Part shown: positions 57,584 to 64,000 of the stretch, piece by piece
Numbering within the stretch: the first letter of the stretch is position 1
How the letters are laid out: each line of letters begins with the position of its first letter
Source: Chrysomallon squamiferum
Taxonomy: Eukaryota > Animalia > Mollusca
Assembly (NCBI GenBank): GCA_012295275.1
Contig: CM022667.1
Coordinates: 16,802,001 to 16,866,000 of the forward strand
Length of the DNA stretch: 64,000 nt
Direction of reading: 5' to 3'
Program-made: the position numbers and the translations under genes
The notes under the pieces: model-generated
Databases searched by the model: none
What the model was told of the DNA's origin: nothing
What the model saw: only the letters and a program-made list of their open reading frames with translations

Positions 57584-58564
57584 GTATTATTATAACAATG
57601 ACCATTTTTATATATACACATATCTATTTTTTATCATCATATGTAGTTCCACTTTTTCATTATAAATTAATCTGCAATTTATTGTTCATTGCTACTGTAA
57701 TTTAACAAAATAATACGATCATAGCTTTATTAACAAAAGTGTCTTTATTTTTTGCAGTATAACCTAGATTTGAAAACGCAGTATCAAACGGTAGATAAAA
57801 TAAAACGGACAAAGCTGTATAAGCAATACTAGAACGTTTTTCTAATTCAGTGTCAATTATTCTTCATTTCTATTTATAGCTTTTCGTCCTTTCAAAATTA
57901 GTTTGATTCTTTATTTGTTAGATAATTACTTCTGGTCTGTTATTTCTTTTTTTCCACAATATTTTGCTTATTCACACTTCATAACATATCAGAAAGAATA
58001 TATAGCAATCTGAAACAGAAAGTTAACAAAACAAATGGATATTTAATTTTCATTATCGTCTTCGATTCTTTAATACCAAGTTAAAAGATTTTATTTCCCT
58101 TCGAGAATTTTGAACTTTTACATCTACTCTTAATAATACTAGTTTACCGTCATGAGAAAAATCCACTGATCTCTTGTAGATATTATGAGACAAGAATAAG
58201 AATCGATTCCAGTGCAACACCAACAGCAACAAATAAAATGTTTTTAATATTTGTATTTATTTATTTACTTACTTACTTATTTACTTACTTGCTTGCTTTT
58301 TTATTTATTTATTTATTTATTTATTTACTTAGTTAGTTAGTTGTGTTCTTACTTATTTTCTTACTTACGTATTTACTTACATAGATACTGATGTTGTTTT
58401 TGTTAATACTACTATTTCAGTGGTAGTACAACTGTTAGTAGTAATGGTGGCAGCAAAAGCAGAAGCAGCAATAAATTAGTAGATGTTGTTGAACTCGATG
58501 ATAATAATGATGATTTTTTCAATATAGACATGTTAAATATAAATAAGTTTCCGATGGGAAAAGG

Positions 58565-58654
<90 letters not shown>

Positions 58655-58856
58655 CTGAAGATTTCAAACATAATGAAGTAACGAAAATTCAAAAGTTATC
58701 AAATAACAAATAATTTACATATTTATCTATTTCTTTATTTCTTTATTTCTTTATTTATTTTATTTATTTTATTTCCGGACAGAAGTTGTAAGAGTTCATC
58801 TTAATTCTTCGGTACTTTTACTGCAGCTGTTACTTGAATTACTCTGTGTTGTAGTG

Positions 58857-58864
58857 TTAAGACT
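58857..58864 (-). CDS. Gene B2 exon 2 coding part (ES*)
   Basis: TTCCAG|AG TCT TAA; the remainder is homologous to B1 exon 2 and its 3' UTR. Confidence 0.65.
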
Positions 58865-58988
58865 CTGGAAAAAAAAAAAAAAAATTACACAAAAATAAGT
58901 TTCTATAGAGATATAACATGCACAACGGAGCTGCTGTAAATAACATATAGCACGCAAAACTATGCACACATACACACAACCATAAATA

Positions 58989-59267
58989 CACATCAAAGAC
59001 TACATAGATAATATGTGCGCAGAGAGGCATATACATATATATCTATGTATGTATCTATCTCACTATGTATGTATGTATGTATGTATGTATGTATATATGT
59101 ATGTATGTATACATATACATATGTTTCTATGTATGTATCCATGTATGTTCATAAGCCTTTCTAAGTGTCACATCAAAGACTACAAAGATAATATATGCGC
59201 AGATAAGTATGTACATATATATCCATCTATGTATCTATGTCACTATGTCACTATGTATGTACGTATA

Positions 59268-59303
<36 letters not shown>

Positions 59304-59532
59304 TGTATGTATGTATGTATGTATGTATGTATGTATGTATGTTCATAAGCCTTTCTAAATGTCACATCAAATACTACAAAGATAATATGTGCGCAGATAG
59401 GCTTTTTACATATATATCTATCTATGTATGTAACTATGTATGTATGTATGTGTGTACGTATGTATGTAACTATGCATGAATGAATGTATGTATATATGTA
59501 TGTATGTATGTATGTTCGTAAGCCTTTCTAAC
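58989..59532. repeat. Three ~170-200-bp tandem units with (TATG)n in the gene B2 intron
   Basis: CACATCAAA.ACTAC...TATGTTC.TAAGCCTTTCTAA repeated three times. Confidence 0.8.
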
Positions 59533-59540
59533 TGTCTTAC

Positions 59541-59820
59541 CTGGTGTTGTCGTTGCTTGTACTGCTGGGTCTATCGATGTTTCTTCTGATGGGTCTATCG
59601 TCGTCGCACATAAGCTTACTCTGCAGTGAACTCTGTTTCCCTCTGGACTTAGTTCACAGTAGCAATCTTCGTAACAGCTATTTACCGGTGGTACGGGTCC
59701 GAGCTGAAATATTTTATCTTCATAATAACATACTGGACGAGAATAGTACCCTGTTGTTGCCATTCCAGAAACAAGCATGAGGCATGCGGAAAAGATCAAC
59801 AAGATCTGTACGTTCATCAT
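59541..59820 (-). CDS. Gene B2 exon 1: secreted ~95-aa 6-Cys mini-VWC/pacifastin-like protein
   Basis: MMNVQILLIFSACLMLVSG...CYYEDKIFQLGPVPPVNSCYEDCYCELSPEGNRVHCRVSLC; open, phase-1 donor. Confidence 0.88.
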
Positions 59821-62008
59821 GATTTAGTTCTACGATCTCTGACAAAAAAGTTAAATTTCCTGATTTAAATACTCTTCCCTCCAACAGATGTCGCATTCCA
59901 GTCACTGTTTAGCATAATGCAAATTCGTTTAATAGCCGTGCAAGCTGCATGTGTTTAGTTCTCAAGTGCTGTGGTTTGCTGTTGTTGTGATCGTAATTGC
60001 AACGACATGCCTTAACTGCACTTACTTTTAACAATGCCTGTACATTTTTGCCATTGCAGAAAGTATATAAATCGTAAGATTATGGAAATGTTATTAGTAA
60101 CATTGGTGTTTATGTTAATGAAAGGGATTAAAGTGAATTTTAATTTGTCTACATATTTCTTGTAAATCAATATAGTTAAAGTAAAATCTGAAGACTAGGG
60201 TCATCTGTACCCGACAATAATATACAAAAAGATATTATTTTATTACATTTGTTTTAAGTCTTGTTTCTTCTACATAACAACAACCACACTGTTGTCTAAT
60301 AATTAAATGTTTTCTTCTTTTTTATATTTTCTTTTTTTTTTTTTACAGTGATACTTGTTATTTAAAAAAATAATAAATCAGTTATAAATAATAATCATAG
60401 CAAGATTTATATTCTAATTTTCTGTACAATTACAGTTCACAGGAAATACGGATGTGCGGTTTAAATAGATCAGAAATGAAAGGATTAAATACAGTTTTCG
60501 GATTTGTTCTGTGACAGCGTTTTAAAAACATGGAAATATTTTCAATCGAAATGACAGTGAAAATATTGCAGAATACACCCACATCGCATCTTGAAAATTA
60601 TTAGGTAGTGTGGATACGCTATTGAATCAAGATTGAACTGTTAAATGTTTATTCAAATATCAAAAGAACAGTCTTTAAATCACATGAAATGTAAAACTGT
60701 CAGTTGCTACTGTGTGAGTAAATTTCTACTCATTTTAGAGAACTTATGGCATTCGTTGCAGTTGTGGAAACTATGAAAGTGACAGCGTAAAAATATTTTA
60801 TATAAAAAGTAATTTTAGCAAAAAAACAAACAATAATAATAAAGAAATAATAAATATAAAATAAGTAATTAACTTCGACCAATAATAACCCTAAGAAACC
60901 AAAACGTGATAATACAAAATGTTCAGATGATCACGGTTATCATCACTGTTATTTTATATATATATATATAACAAAAATATTAAATTTAAACTTCATGATG
61001 GAGTAGGTAGGATAACGGTATGTTTGTGGACCCCAGTAAATGTAGAAAATGAAATTTTCAGCTTGGTCTGAAAAGGCACTTTTCGAAATATATCTATATA
61101 TCACTACATATGTTTTTCTGTGTCTTTTATCGGAATAAAAAGTAGCATTTTTACTTTTTTTATGTTTTAGTAATTGTCACTTTCAAAGCGTCAATAATAT
61201 ATAGCGTTGTTGTTTTCAGGCATTACAGTTCTTACTGAGACAGGCGCGTCAATAGAAAATTGCGATTCGGATCAAATAGGTGACTTTTAGATTTTTGGTG
61301 AGTTAAATCTCTGACTCTGTCTACTTTCAGGACCTCTGTTTTATCAAAAATATCATTTTCATGAAGTAAAAATACATCTAGTAACACTAAAACTCTAAAA
61401 AGTGTATGTAACCGTGAAGTTTATCGCCATAAGATCAAGTATCGAATACGAAACTAGATTACCTCCCCTATAACTATTTCCAAGACTTTCGTTGTAGAAC
61501 CTAGGTCGCATTCAAATAGTGTCTCATTTCCACTTAACAGAATGTTCTGTTTCTGCCTGACAGCGATTTCAGAAAAATAACTCCTGTGAAGAAACCTACA
61601 CAAAAAGAGGCTCTGAAAGACAAGTGATCGTGAAGAAACGTGAAGTTTATACAAACCTGCGAAAAGCAAATAAGCAAAGCTGCACTGTGGTGAGAATCCG
61701 ACTCAATCGCCTTCAACCAGTTCTTCGTCTTTGTTTACTTCTGCTGTTTCGACACCACAAGATTTTGTTTTGCGCAATAAAACTATTTCCTGTTGCAGAT
61801 TCATCCTCATTAGAGCCTCGCATTACAGGCACCAGTTAACTATTGTATTCTTTGAATATCTTGCATATTGTTGAGAGAGAGGTCTAAACAAAAAATGACC
61901 TTTCTTAATTTATATGAACAATATATTTTGTTAACATTTTTCTTTTTCGTTTTCTTTAAATTTTTCTTTTATTATTTATTTATTTATTTGATATTATTAT
62001 TATTATTA

Positions 62009-62049
<41 letters not shown>

Positions 62050-63063
62050 GACCTCTTAATGGATTGTATTACCCAATTAAGGCCTTAAATATTTTCATTC
62101 CTAATGCATGCATTCATATATGAAATACTGACTTTTAATTTGTGGCCAAAATTGACGAAGACACCGACTACATAGTTTAGGGAATAGTTGTCTGAACCAT
62201 TTTACAAACAACTAACGGTGGTTCATTCGTAAACCGGCCTCACTAAATCAGAGACAGGACAGTTGATCGTGCATACATTATCTCTAAATCCACTGGTTAA
62301 CGAATCAGTATCGTATATGTCATGTCAGAACGCGAATTCTACCTAAGTTGGTGCGCTCCGTTTTCATGCCATTAATTATTATCTGATTCTGCCTACAAGA
62401 AGTAGTAACAATAGCGGTAGTTGCTTATATTGTTGTCTAAACTTTAAATATGTAGTATTGAGATTCACAATGGGTTTTCTTCTTTTATTTTTCATTTGAT
62501 GTTTTTAACACGGGAAGTAAAATATCAATAATGTAACTACATTTTAAATTTACGGACAAAGCAAATATCTGGTGCGATGGATTTTGGTATCATTTTACAT
62601 AGAATACTCAAATTCGGAGAATACGAATCCCAACCTTTATCCATTTTCATACACTGATTTCTACTTCTTCTTCTTCTTCTTCTTAGCAATAACAGTAGTT
62701 GTTGATAGTGTTGTTTAAATGTATCTTTACAATATAATTAATTAAACAAACTGTCTTGAAAACTCTCTCCCTTTCTCGGACACTGAGACACAAATGTAAT
62801 TATCCGTCTATAGTGCATGAAAAACATGCTTATTTTCAAAGCTGCTTTAGTGACACTGACAAAATTGTCCTCAAAGTGTTAATCATTGATTAAATATGGT
62901 GAAACGCAAAACAAGGAACGGTTTGGTTCGTAATATAGAAGAGATAACCTGGACGTTTGAGGTAAAGAGAACAGAGCAAGCCATTAAATAAATAAAACAA
63001 ATTAATAACAAACATTTTGTTTATTTATTTATTTATTTATTTATAGACAAAAATTAGGAGAGT

Positions 63064-63131
63064 TCATTTTAGTTCATCGGTGCTTTTCATACAGCTGCTA
63101 CTTGAATTATTTGGTGTTTGGTAGTATAATT
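63064..63131 (-). other. Family B-type terminal exon whose first exon should lie just beyond the right edge
   Basis: CTTTCAG|AATTATAC, homologous to the acceptors at 36909, 49688 and 28820; here the early TGA is TTA. Confidence 0.5.
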
Positions 63132-63912
63132 CTGAAAGAAAAACAAAATAAATGACTAAACATTAACTATTTATCTAGTAAAAAGTCTTGTTACATAGAT
63201 ATATCATGCACCAAGCAGCAGCTGTGATAGGCATACATAAACAAACAAAACTCACAAATACACACAAGACCTCAAGCAGCACACGTGTATAATTGTGTGT
63301 GGTTGTGTAAGTGAGTGTGCGTGTGCATATCTGTTCAAATAATCCTTTTCACAGAAAAGAAGCACAGGCAGCCTTACTTATTTTTTCTTTGTTAAATAGA
63401 GGAGCTACTGTGTTTCTGCTTTCAACACTTACAGTCTAATTGAGGCATAAAATATACTTCACGTTTGATTTATTTTGGAAATAATTCGTTGTAAAATTAA
63501 ACATTTCGACTTTCTGTTAAAAATATATTCATAAACACTAATTCATTTAAGAATATCTCACAGTTTCTAATTAACCCAGAAAACATTCCGAATATTTCGT
63601 TAACGGGAAACGTTACTAAATATCTGATTTAAAAATTCAAAACGCAATTTCAACTCGTTCTGTAAAACGCCTGGCATATGAAACAAGTCGTGAATAATGT
63701 GGTTGGAAGACAAAATAGTTGTAAGGAGGTACTGCACAAAACAGTTTGTGTATTTCATCACGAAGAGAGACAAAAAGACAAAGAGAGAGAGAGGGAGAAA
63801 TGGATATATGTATCTATATAAACACATATATATATATATGTTTGTTTGTGTGTATGTATGCATATAAATATAAATATGTTTGTATCTCTATGTTTATGTT
63901 TGTGTGTATATA

Positions 63913-63950
<38 letters not shown>

Positions 63951-64000
63951 TGTATGTATGTATGTATATTTGTATAAATTTATGGAAGAATATATGCAAG

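Larger units (their letters stand above)
52617..63770 (+). repeat. Segmental duplication unit, copy II, with an internal ~0.8-kb duplication (~55257-56045 / ~56320-57160)
   Basis: Collinear with 40601-50090. Confidence 0.9.

Noticed and set aside
58989-59532. Regularly spaced repeats resembling a CRISPR array
   Set aside because: The spacers are TATG microsatellite, the units are intronic tandem duplications in eukaryotic DNA, and no cas genes are present.

Overview
AT-rich, microsatellite-dense (AAT, GA, CA, AT, TATG) eukaryotic DNA, probably from an invertebrate animal. A mollusc/cephalopod origin is plausible but cannot be proven from sequence alone. Nearly all ORF-track entries are microsatellite artefacts. 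The real content is a minus-strand tandem cluster of spliced genes and pseudogenes for small secreted cysteine-rich proteins built from von Willebrand factor type C (VWC)-derived modules. Family A has a signal-peptide exon (E1), an 8-Cys VWC exon (E2) and a 4-Cys half-VWC exon with a Thr/Pro tail (E3). All junctions are phase 1, and the Cys pattern resembles the C-terminal part of VWC2/brorin-like proteins. Two copies are two-module fusions (E1-E2-E3-E2-E3). Family B has a signal peptide plus a 6-Cys mini-VWC/pacifastin-like exon and a tiny terminal exon, with two apparently intact copies and several pseudogenes. The cluster shows birth-and-death evolution, ~10-13 kb segmental duplications, two TA-inserting DNA transposon relics, a ~2 kb inserted mucin-like gene fragment, a 75-bp-arm fold-back hairpin and a 200-N assembly gap. 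Exon boundaries and translations were read by eye; no database search was possible.
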